64,000 nt of DNA from Podarcis melisellensis (taxonomy: Eukaryota): NCBI GenBank assembly GCA_964234715.1, contig OZ174281.1; one strand, given 5' to 3'. The notes beneath the pieces are model-generated. The model did not search any database, was not told where the DNA came from, and saw only the letters and a list, made by a program, of their open reading frames with translations. Numbering within the stretch: the first letter of the stretch is position 1; each line of letters opens with the position of its first letter. Below, in pieces: positions 24,701 to 36,500 of this stretch. A program made the position numbers and the translations under genes.

Positions 24701-26871
24701 GCTATTTGAACAGGGGACCCGGCTGCATTCACACTCGCGTTCATGTCGGTCAATGGATTCCAGTGAACACACCATTTCACAGCCACACTCTCTGTTCCTG
24801 CAGTGAATCTGGAGTCGATTGAGATCGTTCTTCATGTATCTGGGTACAGAAGTTAATTATTTTTATTCTTGCAATATTGCTTGCTAAGATATATCACATG
24901 CTCCCCAGTTCTCCAAGTGGTAAGACATTCCAGAGTCAGTGCTAACTGCTTCAGTTTTCTTTGAATGAGGCCACATGGCAGATTAACCATGATTGCGTAA
25001 TATTTGGTTTTCTTGAAAGTATACAGGCAGAGCACAGGCGAAGCTAAACAGCAGATCCCCAGAAAGGCAACTTGCACCACAAGGCATTTCTAGCCTTTAT
25101 GTTAAGAGCTTCCACACTCTACCTTCTGCCTGTCTATCCCCTAAAACTGCTGCACTAACTTCCATACATTACACCGGCCACCCACTTCAGCTTGGCTGTG
25201 CTGTCACCCTCCTTACTCCTAACGTTCTGGAGAAATATCTGTATCAAGAATCCATCTTCTAACAATTAGATCCCATACAAAGACATCCCCTGGCTACTGT
25301 GAGCCATTAACCATAATATCCTTTCCTCAAAACTTAAGACTATGATCAGCCATCGCTTTAAGGCAGGGGTGGGAAATCACAGGTCTGATCACTGAATGTG
25401 ACCCCTCAGACCTATCTGGCTGTCAGGATTTCTTCCCTGCTATACCCCTCACTGGCCCTGCTCACCACTGGCATGTTGCCCCTGGAAGGCAACACCCCCC
25501 TGTCACAATTAAAATGCACGTTTCCAGAACGTTGGCAACCCTAATGAAGTAGAAACACCATGGCCAACTTGTGTTATTTGGCAACACAGTAAGTCAACAC
25601 TTGTTTGTGACATGTATGTTTAAGATGTGTTCATTCTTTATTACATACAATACTTTAAAAACATGTATCGTGGGTATTACTACTTATGCTGTCCTATCCT
25701 TTTGTTTTTCAAAAGTTGTGCTTTTAAAACCTTAGCTGTTAGTAGGTTAATGAAGCTTGAAGCAGTTTGCTCCAACCATGAGAAAAGGAGATTGGTCAAA
25801 CCAAAAATTTTCCTAGCAACTGCACAGATGTCCTAGCAGAAATTATTTTTGTGTGTGTGTGTGTGCGCGTGCGTGTGGTTCTTCTGTGCAAAGCAGCAAG
25901 GTTAACAGGAGTGCAATCAGAGGTGTGAATTCAGATCAAGCCAAAACTTTGTGATGCAAGCAATCTGGACTTTGCTACTTACTCTGGACCTATGTAATAG
26001 GATTATGTTTCCATGTACGAGAAGAGGACAATATAGAGATATTTTTGATAACTGGAACTTGGCACTGGATCCTGTGGGACAGAACATTCTTGTCTATCCT
26101 TTATTTCTATAAAAGCAGTTCCCTCATTATTTGAATTTGGAAAAGGCTACACAGTGAACCCCCAAAGAATTAATGTGTCTGCAGCACATCCTGCTGCCTC
26201 ACTCTTTTCTTATACAGTGGTACCTCTGGATATGCACACCTCTGGTTGCGTATCCCTCAGGATACGAACGCGGCAAACCCGGAAGTATTTTTCTGAGTTT
26301 TGCCGCGTGCGCATGCGCAGAAGCGCTCTACCGTGCTGCGCACAGAACAGGCACCTCTGGTTGCAAATTCCTCAGGATCCGACTGCAGCTCTGGAATGGA
26401 TCCTGTGCACAACTGGAGGTACCACTGTACATTTATTTCCTTGTAGGACATTTTCTCTTCAGAGTGAAATAGACCAAATCTAGGCTTACTAAGCCTAGTC
26501 AATTTCATTAATTCGCATGACATATGGGGTAGTAACTTTAGTAAGGAAAACCAATCAAACAGGATGCTCCATCCCTCAGCCTTACATTTGCACATTTGCT
26601 CAATCTACTAGTGTAGGATTAGATTTCATGATAGCGGCAAATTGGACTCAGAAATAATTACGCACCTGTAAAGCGGTCGAAGGACAGACAGATCAAGTGG
26701 CTGACGATCTTCTGGGCAGTTGCTGTGATGAACAAGCCACCCGTGTATGCAGGAAGTGCAGAAAGCATGTTCGCAAGGAGCCTGCAAGGGATCTTCCAAC
26801 ACATCTCGGCAGATGCAGCACAGGAGACCTTCATTCACGTAACCTACGAAGCGCTCAATATCATATCCCAT
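21507..26871 (-). CDS. RING finger / TRAF-type zinc finger / coiled-coil E3 ubiquitin ligase, RNF41(NRDP1)/RNF151-like, 278 aa
   Basis: Minus-strand exons 26871-26666, 24839-24700, 24122-23960, 22913-22793, 21713-21507 total 837 nt, in phase, all GT-AG. Protein begins MGYDIERFVGYVNEGLLCCICRDVLEDPLQAPCEHAFCTSCIHGWLVHHSNCPEDR (NRDP1-type RING with Asp as last ligand), followed by Cys/His zinc fingers and a coiled coil. Confidence 0.9.
21999..22221 (-). mobile_element. Sauria SINE, 5'-truncated
   Basis: (ACCTTT)n tail on the minus strand; core AGCGGTACCTATTTATCTACTTGC shared with the other copies. Confidence 0.85.
22793..22913 (-). CDS. RNF41/RNF151-like coding exon 4 (coiled coil)
   Basis: SEMICQMEEAKHEMESRLDSQRKHMVQKESFLQNQIEELK|gtaaac. 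Confidence 0.88.
23800..23920. mobile_element. Small palindromic squamate MITE; related copies near 8220-8345, 22525-22655, 44660-44790, 45805-45900, 55105-55180
   Basis: CCAGATGTTTTGGGACCACAACTCCCATCATCCC ... GGGATGATGGGAATTGTAGTCCGCAAACATCTGG inverted arms. Confidence 0.65.
23960..24122 (-). CDS. RNF41/RNF151-like coding exon 3 (TRAF-type zinc finger)
   Basis: GCPARVERRNLDSHLAVCEYRSRECPKGCG...HNCVAELRTELELLR. Confidence 0.9.
24700..24839 (-). CDS. RNF41/RNF151-like coding exon 2
   Basis: YMKNDLNRLQIHCRNRECGCEMVCSLESIDRHERECECSRVPCSNS; AG/GT flanks. Confidence 0.9.
26215..26427. mobile_element. Tigger-like MITE
   Basis: TA|CAGTGGTACCTCTGG ... CTGGAGGTACCACTG|TA. Confidence 0.82.
26666..26871 (-). 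CDS. RNF41/RNF151-like gene, first coding exon (RING domain)
   Basis: Acceptor ...cacggcag| at 26890, ATG at 26871, donor TACAG|gtgcgt. Confidence 0.92.
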
Positions 26872-27692
26872 TTTCTCAACGACCTCTAGCCTGCCGTGGA
26901 AGTGAAAGCACAGAATTAGTAACTGCGGCCACATTACCTTTGAAAGTCAAGTGAGCACATTATCACCCTTGCACCTTAAGATCTGAAGAGTTATGATGCA
27001 GAGGGAGTGAAGTGGCTTGCGAGTTTTATGCTGTGGACCGTCAGAATCTGGATGCAATTCCAATTTGCAACTTTTCCCCAAGCATGCAAAGCCATAGCAT
27101 AGACAAGAGCAAACTTACACTTTTTTGTTCATTTAGTTGCACCTCAACCCTCAAGAGGGCCCTTTTTATAGAAAAATGCATGCAGGCATTGATTTCAAGC
27201 TTCTTTGCAACATGTCACAGCCCCTCAAAAAATAATACATTGCCTTTTCAGTATTCAGTTTCTTCTCAGAGAAACCCTAATTAGATTTAGGAGGATTAAT
27301 GCTTCTTTCTCCATTAAGCACGTAAAGCAGCCAGAGCACCTGATCAAAGCAACTAAGGGCCACCTGCTTCTTTCTCAGGTGTCATTCTAGAAAGATTCTC
27401 TGGATTAAGTGGCATATGGAATGGGTTCTAAACACTGAGTTTACAAAGTGTTTATAATGTAAACTGTGCATGTGTTTTGAGATGCTAAAAAACTGTTGAA
27501 CAGAACGTACTCACTCTGTAACAACACAGTTCCATATTTTTAATGGTGAGGCTATTTTTCTTTTTTAATATGGAACATTCTGATACTTTCTGCTGGAATA
27601 TATATATATATATATTTGGTAAAGCATAATGTTATAGAACAGGCACGTCCAACTCCCAAGAGACTGCAATTTACTCCCAGTATAAAAAAACT

Positions 27693-28156
27693 TGCCAACA
27701 AAGGACCATATAGTTAAAGCCATGGTTTTCCCAGTAATGATGTATGGAAGTGGGAGCTGGACCATAAAGAAGGCTGATCGCCGAAGAATTGATGCTTTTG
27801 AATTATGGTGCTGGAGGAGACTCTTGAGAGTCCCATGGACTGCAAGAAGATCAAACCTCTCCATTCTTAAGGAAATCAGCCCTGAGTGCTCACTGGAAGG
27901 ACAGATCCTGAAGCTGAGACTCCAATACTTTGGCCACCTCAGGAGAAGAGAAGACTCCCTGGAAAAGACCCTGATGTTAGAAAAGATGGAGGGCACAAGG
28001 AGAAGGGGACGACAGAGGACGAGGTGGTTGGACAGTCTTCTCGAAGCTACCAGCATGAGTTTGACCAAACTGCGGGAGGCAGTGGAAGACAGGAGTGCCT
28101 GGCGTGCTCTGGTCCATGGGGTTACAAAGAGTCGGACACGACTAAACAACAACAAC
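27693..28156 (+). mobile_element. BovB/RTE LINE 3' fragment with TSD
   Basis: VKAMVFPVMMYGSGSWTIKKADRRRIDAFELWCWRRLLRVPWTARRSN...; (CAA)n tail; 11-bp TSD ATAAAAAAACT at 27682-27692 and 28157-28167. Confidence 0.92.
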
Positions 28157-28214
28157 ATAAAAAAACTGGCAGTGATCTACCCATTGTCATTGGAGAGAGG
28201 AGGAGGATGAGTCG

Positions 28215-29540
28215 GGTTGGTGGATTGCATGAGCATTATTGTCTTGGAAGATGTTTAGTAGGGCCAATTCTGGGGTTGATTTCTAATACTTGCTATTTTA
28301 CGTATTTCTTGTATGGCTGTTGTCCAGAATAGTTGAATTCTGGGGCACTCCCACCACATATGGAGGTATGTGCCTGTGGAGGTGCATCCTCTCCAGCATT
28401 TTGGTGAGGTTCCTGGGTGTATTAGCGCTAGTTTTCTTGGTGTTAGGTACCACCTGTAGGTGAGTTTCAGAGTGAGTTCTTTTTGTTTATATGGATTTAA
28501 AGGGGGGAGGGGTTTAGACCACATTTTGGTCCATAAAGTGGGGTTAATATCATAGCCTATGTTATCCTCCCATTGTTTTTGATTGTGTCTAGGGGGTTCG
28601 TGGGATTTTGTAGTATTTTGTATATTGCGGATACCATCCTTTTACCGTGTCCCTTTGTTGTTAGGAGGAGGTTTTTGAAGGTTGTCAGGGGCCTAGTTGC
28701 TGCTGATTTTACTGCTGGGTTGTTTAAGAGGGCATGTAATTGGTGTTGTGCTAACCAGGGCATTTGGGTGTCTTCTAGTTTGTCCTGTATTTCTTGTGTT
28801 GACAAAGGTTTGTTATTTTTATAGAAGTCTATCAGGCGATATAAGGCTTAGGTTTTCCAGGTTTTTATCTAAAGGTTTTGTGCTGCATGGTGGAATAATG
28901 AGTGGTACGCCAGGGGAATTAGTGGGGATGGGGTTGGGGATAGTTTGCCTATTTCTGTTTTCCATACTTTGAGCATGGTCTGTGTGCACCTGTTAAGTGC
29001 TGTGGGAATTTTCCTTTGTTTGGGAGGAGTGGGTATGCTGTGGTGCAGGTATTTTCAATTGTGTCCCTCTCTAGGTGTATCCAGTGTTTTGTCGCATCTT
29101 CTGGTATATATGGGATTATATGGCATTTTTGGTTGGCAATGTAATATGCTTCTATGTTGGGGATTCCCCATCCTCCTTCTGAGGTGGGGAGGTGCAGGTA
29201 TTTGGGGCTTATTCTTGGTTTTTTATGTGAGAAGATAAAAGAGTGTAGTTTTCTCTGCCATCTGCAGAGTTGCGTTGGGGGAATCAAGATTCTGAGGGTT
29301 TGGAATAGGCAGGTTAGTTTTGGGAGCGTGATCATTTTGATCATGGCTATTTTGTCTGAGAGAGTGAAATTCATGTTGTTCCATCTCTTTAGATCTTTGT
29401 TAATTTGTCGCCACAAGGGCTTGTAGTTGTGGAGGTACAATTTATTGAGGTTTCTGGTTATTTGTACCCCTAGGTATCTGAACTTGGTGTGGCAGTTTTA
29501 TTTTGGTGACATTAGTGAGTTCTTTTTGGGTGTGAAGAGG
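28215..29540 (-). mobile_element. Degenerate L1/Tx1 LINE ORF2 3' fragment
   Basis: Frameshifted peptides KIAMIKMITLPKLTCLFQTL, EGGWGIPNIEAYYIA and zinc knuckle CWRGCTSTGTYLHMWWECP. Confidence 0.85.
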
Positions 29541-29981
29541 TGTGTTGACATCCCTGTTACAGAACATAAAGTAAGCAAATTCTTACATTTTCCTATCAGT
29601 ATAGCCTGCTGTGTTCCCTATAAAGATTTCTATGTTATAAAAATGGCTCTGTACAAACGGTGATTTTTAATTGCTTCATCGCGCCTCTTTCCAAGAACAT
29701 GGAAAACACGTTTATTTGTTAAGCTTCCTAAGTAAATGATCCCTGCACTCAACCCACTGGTCGCAATTAGCTACCACCTCTACTTTTCACACAGCTACAG
29801 AAAACATATTCTAAATTTTGACAGCAGGAAACAACAGAGGAAAGGGGAAGAAAGCAGATGGGAAGCAGCATATGACTGTTTTGGTCAAAACTGTTAGGGC
29901 CAGCCTTTCCAACCCTATTTTGCACATCTATGCTCAAAAGTTCAAGCCAGCACAGTTGGTCAAAACATTTGGAGGGCAAAT

Positions 29982-30165
29982 GAGCCAGTGTGGTGTAGTG
30001 GTTAGAGTGTTGAACTAGGACCTGGAATCCTCATGTAACCTTGGGCCATTCACCCACTCTAACTGGGTAACCTTGGGCCATTCACCCACTCTAAGATACC
30101 TCACAGGAGAGAACTATGTATGCCACCTTGAGCTCCTTGGAGGAAAGGTAGGACATAAATAAAAT
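29982..30165 (+). mobile_element. Degenerate tRNA-derived SINE with an internal 28-bp tandem duplication
   Basis: A-box-like GTGGTGTAGTGGTTAGAGTG; GTAACCTTGGGCCATTCACCCACTCTAA twice; A-rich tail. Confidence 0.55.
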
Positions 30166-30899
30166 GAGAAGAATAGGTGCAGCTGGGGATGGGAACTAGG
30201 CTAGGGAACATTCTATCTGGAGATGCTGGAGGGGCCAGGCAAGCAGATGCTCTTACCCCTCAGCTATGGCACTGGAGAGTCGTATTTTATTTTACTTTAT
30301 TTCACAGAATTTATAGGCCGCTTGAGTGTAGAAGAAAAAACAAACCCCTGAAAGTGGTTTTACAGAAAGCCACGACTCCTCCATCTTATGCTATAACAAC
30401 TGTCAGCAAAAACAGACTAAGGCAGCTGCTCCAGATTCAGGATGTCAGCAACTTGGTTTAGAACCGTAGTTGCCCACAGGGGGGCAATTTGATTTTTAAG
30501 GGGGGCAATTCGAGAATGAGTTATTAACAGTTCATGGTCTTTTAGGCTTCCTCCACGGGAATAGCTCACTTTTTGAATACTAAGAATTATACGTCAAGTG
30601 GGAGGGGGGCGCATCAGGATTTTAAAGATGCTTAGGTGGGGCATGGCCAAAAACGGGTTGGGAACCACTGGTACAGAATCGCAGAATGGTACCCAAGGTG
30701 CTTTTGACAAAAGTGGGCTGCTGGTTCCCCGAAGTTCACCCTGCAACCTATTGTTAAGTCTCTTTAAAAAAAACAATAAAAGCTGAGCACCCTTGCAAAT
30801 TGGTTTTAGTCTTTTCTCTCTTTTTTTGGGGGGGGGAGGGTTACTTTTTAAAAGCATAGGCAAAAGCGCTATCAGAAAACAAGGGGAGCCACCTGCCTC

Positions 30900-32250
30900 A
30901 AAGCTTCCCTCCCAAGGCAGGTTTCAGGGTGGCGATTCCTCTCCTCCTTCCCGCCCTCCAAGCGAAAGCCCAGAAACGGCTCTTCTTCGCCTCAGCCGCT
31001 TCGCGAAAGCACGCTTCCGCAACATAAATGCTCAGCACAGGCCACCGTCCAGTCCCTACGCGCCTCCACCCCCGCCAATAAGAGGAGTAAGGGGCTGGCC
31101 TGGCCCCGCCTTCTTCGCACGCGACCGCTCAGCTGGCCCCTTTCTTCGGAGTAGACTTAGAATATATCTAGAGTCGCACGTGCTTTGCAACTTCCGAGTT
31201 TTTCGTGATGCTTTAGGATTTTAGAGCAGCTTTCTTTTTTTTTTTTTGCAGCAGGGCGCGTTCTGCTAAAGCAAAAGAAAGCAGGAGCCCTTCCTCTTTC
31301 CAACTCGGATCTTATTTATTGCAGTGTGGGGTGGGGGGAATGTTTCAAATTTCAGAGGAGCCATTCGGTTAGAGAAGACAATGGATCGCAATGGATTGTT
31401 TTTGAAGTAATTTCAGCACCGGGTGGGAAAGAAAATCGCCACAACGCCTCCGCCCTATCCTGGATTTTGGCAGAACAAAGGTGGCAACCCTAGAACTTAA
31501 CCCGGGAGGGCGCAGGTTGGGAGAGGCTAGGCTAATAAGAGGCGTTTGGCAGGGAAAGGCGTTGCCTGTAAATCCACATTAAACCTCAGCGCCACAACTT
31601 ACGCTACTATCCTGGCTTTGCCCGTTGTCTTCTATGGGTAGCTCTGAGCGGGGAAGAAAAGGAGAAAAATATACCCTATGAGTTCCAAATCTGTGTTGGA
31701 GTGAGTTGCTCTATATTTTTATCTCTATGACACTTGGCAATTCATCCTCTTCAGCCTCGCGAATTGGTTAACGTCCTCCTCTGCCAGTGCCGTATTTTCC
31801 TGCGAAAACGAGTAACCTAGGCAACGGGGGAAGGAGAGGAAGGCACTTTGCGACAAATACGCTTGATGGCCAGAGCGTAAGCGTACCCGCCGGCCCGCCA
31901 TGTCGAGCGCGGCAAAAGCACCAGCGGAGCATGCGCAGTAGGTTTTCCTTCGTACCTCCTGGCAGCCCTCAAGAGAGGCGAGGCGGAGGCGAGCGCCGCG
32001 CATGAATGCTGGTCATGCGCAGTGGGGCGAACGGAGGGCGCGATAAATTGAGAGCGGCCTGGGGCGATCGGCTGCGCATGCGCCGTTTGGCGAACGAGAG
32101 GGCGGCGGTGCTGTCTTGGCGGGACGGTTAAATTGCAAAGTAAGTGCGGCGTCGTGTTAAGACTGGGAGGGGGCTGAGGCAGTCCTTCCTCAGAGGCATA
32201 GGGTGGGGGATTCAATAACTGGGCTGGCTGCACCCAGTGCGCTTCTGCTT
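30900..32250. promoter_or_regulatory. CpG island, probable bidirectional promoter of RAD54B (+) and the RNF41/151-like gene (-)
   Basis: High CpG density against a CpG-poor background; NRF1 motif TGCGCATGCGC at 32073-32083 plus partial GCATGCGCA copies near 31929 and 32014; GC and CCAAT boxes near 31070-31110; E2F-like TTGGCGGGA near 32116. Confidence 0.8.
32060..32139 (+). other. RAD54B: RAD54B probable non-coding exon 1 (start approximate)
   Basis: Strong donor GCAAA|GTAAGT at 32139/32140 within the CpG island; the next exon carries the ATG 16 nt in. Confidence 0.65.
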
Positions 32251-32860
32251 TTCAGGTTTCCGTTTCCACAAACACGAAAGGTACTCTGTACATGCTCAGA
32301 AGCTCTTGCTCCCTCGGTTCAGTTTTAACAAGACCGTGTTTTCTTTCCTTCGGTGGACAAATATTTGCTTCTGGTGCTCGCTGTAAGAACCTAAAGAGTA
32401 GTTTTGTTCCTGCATGTATGAAATTAATAAATATAAGCAACTGACACAAATGGCCAGCAGAGGCCCGAGGAAATAGAGGGCTTTATGGCTTTTTTTTTTT
32501 TTAGCAAGCACCAGGACAACATCATTGCTGGCATTTGCCTTGGCTCACAGTGGAGGTGAGGAGAGGGTTGCCACCAGAAATGAAAAGTTGCTATGAAATT
32601 AATCTCTTCGGACTGTGGCAGAGTCAGGAGATGAATGTAGTGGGTTGAATGTAGTGATTGGGCCGGTTGATACAAAAAAAAAAAAAAAGGTGCTCCCATG
32701 GGTAGTCTGGTGCTTAAGAAATCATGATTAAAACTTTCAACTTAACCTGAGAACATAAAAGTCTTCACCTGGCACCAAAATAGTGATGGGTACCAAGTTA
32801 GCCTCCCTCAGGACTCCAAATAATACTGAGAATGGCTTGACCACAGCTGCCCTCTTCCTA

Positions 32861-33215
32861 AAGGTAAAGGTACCCCTGCCCGTACGGGCCAGTCTTGACA
32901 GACTCTGGGGTTGTGCGCCCATCTCACTTAAGAGGCCAGGGGCCAGCGCTGTCCGGAGACACTTCCGGATCACGTGGCCAGCGTGACATCGCTGCTCTGG
33001 CGAGCCAGAGCCGCACACGGAAACACTGTTTACCTTACCGCCGGAGCGGTACCTATTTATCTACTTGCACCCGGAGGTGTTTTCGAACTGCTAGGTTGGC
33101 AGGCGCTGGGACCGAGCAGCGGGAGCGCACCCCGCCGCAGGGATTCGAACCGCCGACCTTTCGATCGGCAAGTCCTAGGCGCTGAGGCTTTAACCCACAG
33201 CGCCACCTGCGTCCC
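32861..33215 (-). mobile_element. Full-length Sauria SINE in RAD54B intron 1
   Basis: Minus strand starts GGGACGCAGGTGGCGCTGTGGG, has B-box GGTTCGAATCC and an (ACCTTT)2 tail; TSD TCTTCCTA. Confidence 0.9.
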
Positions 33216-33422
33216 TCTTCCTACCACCCACCTAATAAGGCTGGTACACCTGGAGGAGAAAGAAGAGGAACCATACTTCCTAGTTTTTTTGGGTATTTTC
33301 TCCCTGGTGTGAGAACAGCAATAGGATATGTTCTGGAAAGTATTTAAGAGTTTCTTTCTCTAGGGCTTGCTTTTTAAAGCAAACTTCTTTTTTTGCTGTT
33401 TTTCAGACGAACAGAACTGAAC

Positions 33423-33545
33423 ATGAGACGATCAGCAGCTCCTAGTCAACTGATGGGAAATTCAGTCAAAAAGCCAAGGTTTATACCTCCAGGAAAAACC
33501 CATATGTTATCTCTGAAAAAAGAATCTGAACACTCAGGCTCAGAG
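33423..33545 (+). CDS. RAD54B: RAD54B exon 2 (coding part)
   Basis: Acceptor at 33407; [24 protein letters not shown]...; donor GAG|gtaata (an in-frame GC donor at 33569 is also possible). Confidence 0.85.
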
Positions 33546-36500
33546 GTAATATTAAAATGGAGGAAGAAAGCAAGTGTAATATTATTACTGAATGAAAACT
33601 GAACTTGAAGAATCTATGTCAAAAATCCATGAATCTTAATTCTCACTGGGGCAATATGTTTTTCTGGCCTAGGCTATAAGAGGCTTACAGAGTCAGATGC
33701 TTCACTCGCAAATTCTTCCATATAGAAGATAAGCTGTCAGGGAGTGCCAGTATCACTTCCACCCTGATACTTAAATTTCTGTATGCAGGGATTTATTTAT
33801 TTTTCGGTGGGGGAGTATGCAATCATGTATGCTGCCACTTGCAACCTGAAGCTGTCCAGCCCAGATGCATGTTTACTTGTAATTTTGCATTCTGCTCTGT
33901 TAGTCCATGTGCAAAAGGGTCCTGAAAGCAAAACTATAGACAAATTGTCTGAAAAATGACTCCAAAGCTAAACATCAGTGGCATCGGTGGAAACTGGTTC
34001 ATGCAATGGCAGCGTTTGCATGTCACAATAGTTGATGGTTTACTGTCAACGTGCAGAAGTCTCCCACTTCATTCCTCCCTTCTAGCCAGCAGAAGAAAAA
34101 AAACACAATCCCTGGCTTACTGTTACATTCAAACTAGGGATTGTGATTTGTTTCATTCAAAGCAAACCACGATGTGAAGCCAAAGTTTCTAGGTTTACCA
34201 GCGAAATAAACAATGACTCCCAGTTTGGATGTAATGGTAAGCCAGGGATTTCGGTTTGCTGCACCCACTTTCCCCAAGTGGATGAACAAAGTGGAAGTGA
34301 TCACTTTGTGCATGGTAAACTATTACCTTTGGCATACTAGAACACACAGACCAGGCCTTGGTTCTTTTACATGTGTGTTAAAATTGTTCCATGGTTTGTA
34401 CAGTATCTTTATATTAATATGGAACTTAGGGATGCTGTGTGAACACAATGCTTGGTACTGAATAAAGCCACAAATAATAGATTCATATGTTATTTCAAAG
34501 TACATATGTGCAGAAGGTCGATGTTAGCCTTCCTGTCCTAGAGAAGCCTTTCTCTCACTACTTCAGTTTTCATATGTGTTCTTTCCCCAAAGTTCTCTTA
34601 AGGATGGCTAGAGAAATATATCTGCTCCCAGTAACTCTGCCCCAGTCCCAGAAGTTCTCCATTGGGCACTTCTAGCCTCATCCTTATGTTTTGACCTTCT
34701 CTTAGAATGGTAAGGCCAGGGAATGCACACAAACCACTCTCCACTGGCTTGGAAATTGTGGAGAGAGCATAGTTCAAGCTAGGCTTCTCACGGTGCCTCC
34801 TTCCCTCCTTGGAGCTATCTCCATCATATGAACTTCTACTTCTTTCAGGCTTCAGCTTGTATTTAAATAAGAAAAAGCTACACACTTATTTTGATACTGT
34901 TGCATGAAAAGTTGTGTACAACCTAAACTGTTTCAATGTATTGTAGGTACATGAGGGACAACTGAATGGCTCAACATCTGTAAACATCTGTTCTACAACT
35001 TGTGACTTAAGTTCTACACTGGCTGTGAAATCTGATCAAGGAGAATTTTGCTCTAAAAATAATAATAACGACTGCCATTTTGTAACTGGAGTGAAATCAC
35101 CATATAGAACTAAAATAGGTAAGAAAACAAACATTTGAATGTTATCCTAGTAGACTGTTTTAATATAAAGCACAGCAGTTTTAAAGATTGCTTATGAAGG
35201 AAAGCTGTCAGGAGCTTGGGAGCATCTGACTGAGGATGAGTTTTTTTCTCAACAATGATACTGTCAGTGTTTCAGGTTCTCAAAATGAGGAAAGAGCAAA
35301 ATTGAATAGATGAAAACAAATAGCAGCCACTTTCAAGGGACCAAAGAGTCTGACAGGCACTTGAAGAGGGACACAGTATATAGGTGTTTATATGATACTA
35401 TTGACACTCATCTGTCTCAAAAGACAATGGAGTGCACCTCTGGGGGTGAAGTAAAACCACTAGCAGGGATGGCCAACTCTCAAGAGACTGTGATCTACTC
35501 AGAGTTAAAAACTGGCAGTGATCTACCCCCTTTTTGTTGAGTTTTTTTGGGGAGGAGGAAGGCCCGTTTTTTAGGACTTGGGAACATGAGTTCTGTGAAC
35601 TGTAAACAATAAATGAAGGTTAAATAACTCCATCAAAAATAAATCTATATCTACTAACTGTAGACTGTGACATAATGATTTCTGTATTTTTTCATAGTAG
35701 GGTGGTATGCGTTTGAATAAATTAAAAACCTGTCAGATCCCACACTTGCCTTATTATACTCTTTCAGATTTGTTTATCCACTTGCCCAATTTTATGATGC
35801 TTGGTGTTCGTGCTGCTTTTGATAAATTGTACTTTGTTTGAAGGATCCTTTTTGTTGTTGTTAAGGCACGCTTCTGACCTGCAGGATGCTTGGTTCTGGT
35901 TTTCTGGTTCCATTTGGTTTTCTGGTTCTTTTAATAGCCTCTCTGGCACTCTTTTTGTTGGATTGTTACATTTGTTTTTCTGACCCTGTTTTTAAATTGG
36001 CTGCTTTGAATGGTTTGTGACACAGTTGTACTCCCACTTACCTGGTTAGAAGTTCTACCTGATTGAATAGGACTGACCTAAGAAGAGACATGTATAAAAC
36101 ATTGTTGTATCTTCCTAGTCTACAGGAGGTTCCCCTATTTCAGAGGTGGAAACCGTTTTTTCCAGCCCAAGGGCTACATTAACTATTGGCCAACCTTTCA
36201 GGTGACACATGCCATTGGTGGGCAGGGCCATATCAATGGATACAATAGGCTTGCTTCTGCATCCATACCACCCTCTCTGTTCTCCAGCCAGGAATTACCA
36301 GACTTCAGGGACTCTCTAGCCAGACAAAAACATTTGAGGAGGTTGTGAAACAGGGTTAGTAAGAGGTGTAGTCTGGGAAAGAGTGTATGATGGGGGCAGG
36401 TCTGGATTGCCCCCCCCCCAGCCTGAGATTCTTTACCTTTGCCTTATTCTATAATATATGAAAGGTGGGGGATGGAATATTTGCCTTACTCATACACATG

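Noticed and set aside
27565-28332. 197-aa and 148-aa ORFs
   Set aside because: Antisense and alternative frames of the BovB fragment.
30793-32233. Several 70-143-aa ORFs in the CpG island
   Set aside because: Low-complexity Pro/Arg/Ala-rich frames expected in GC-rich promoter DNA; no recognisable homology.
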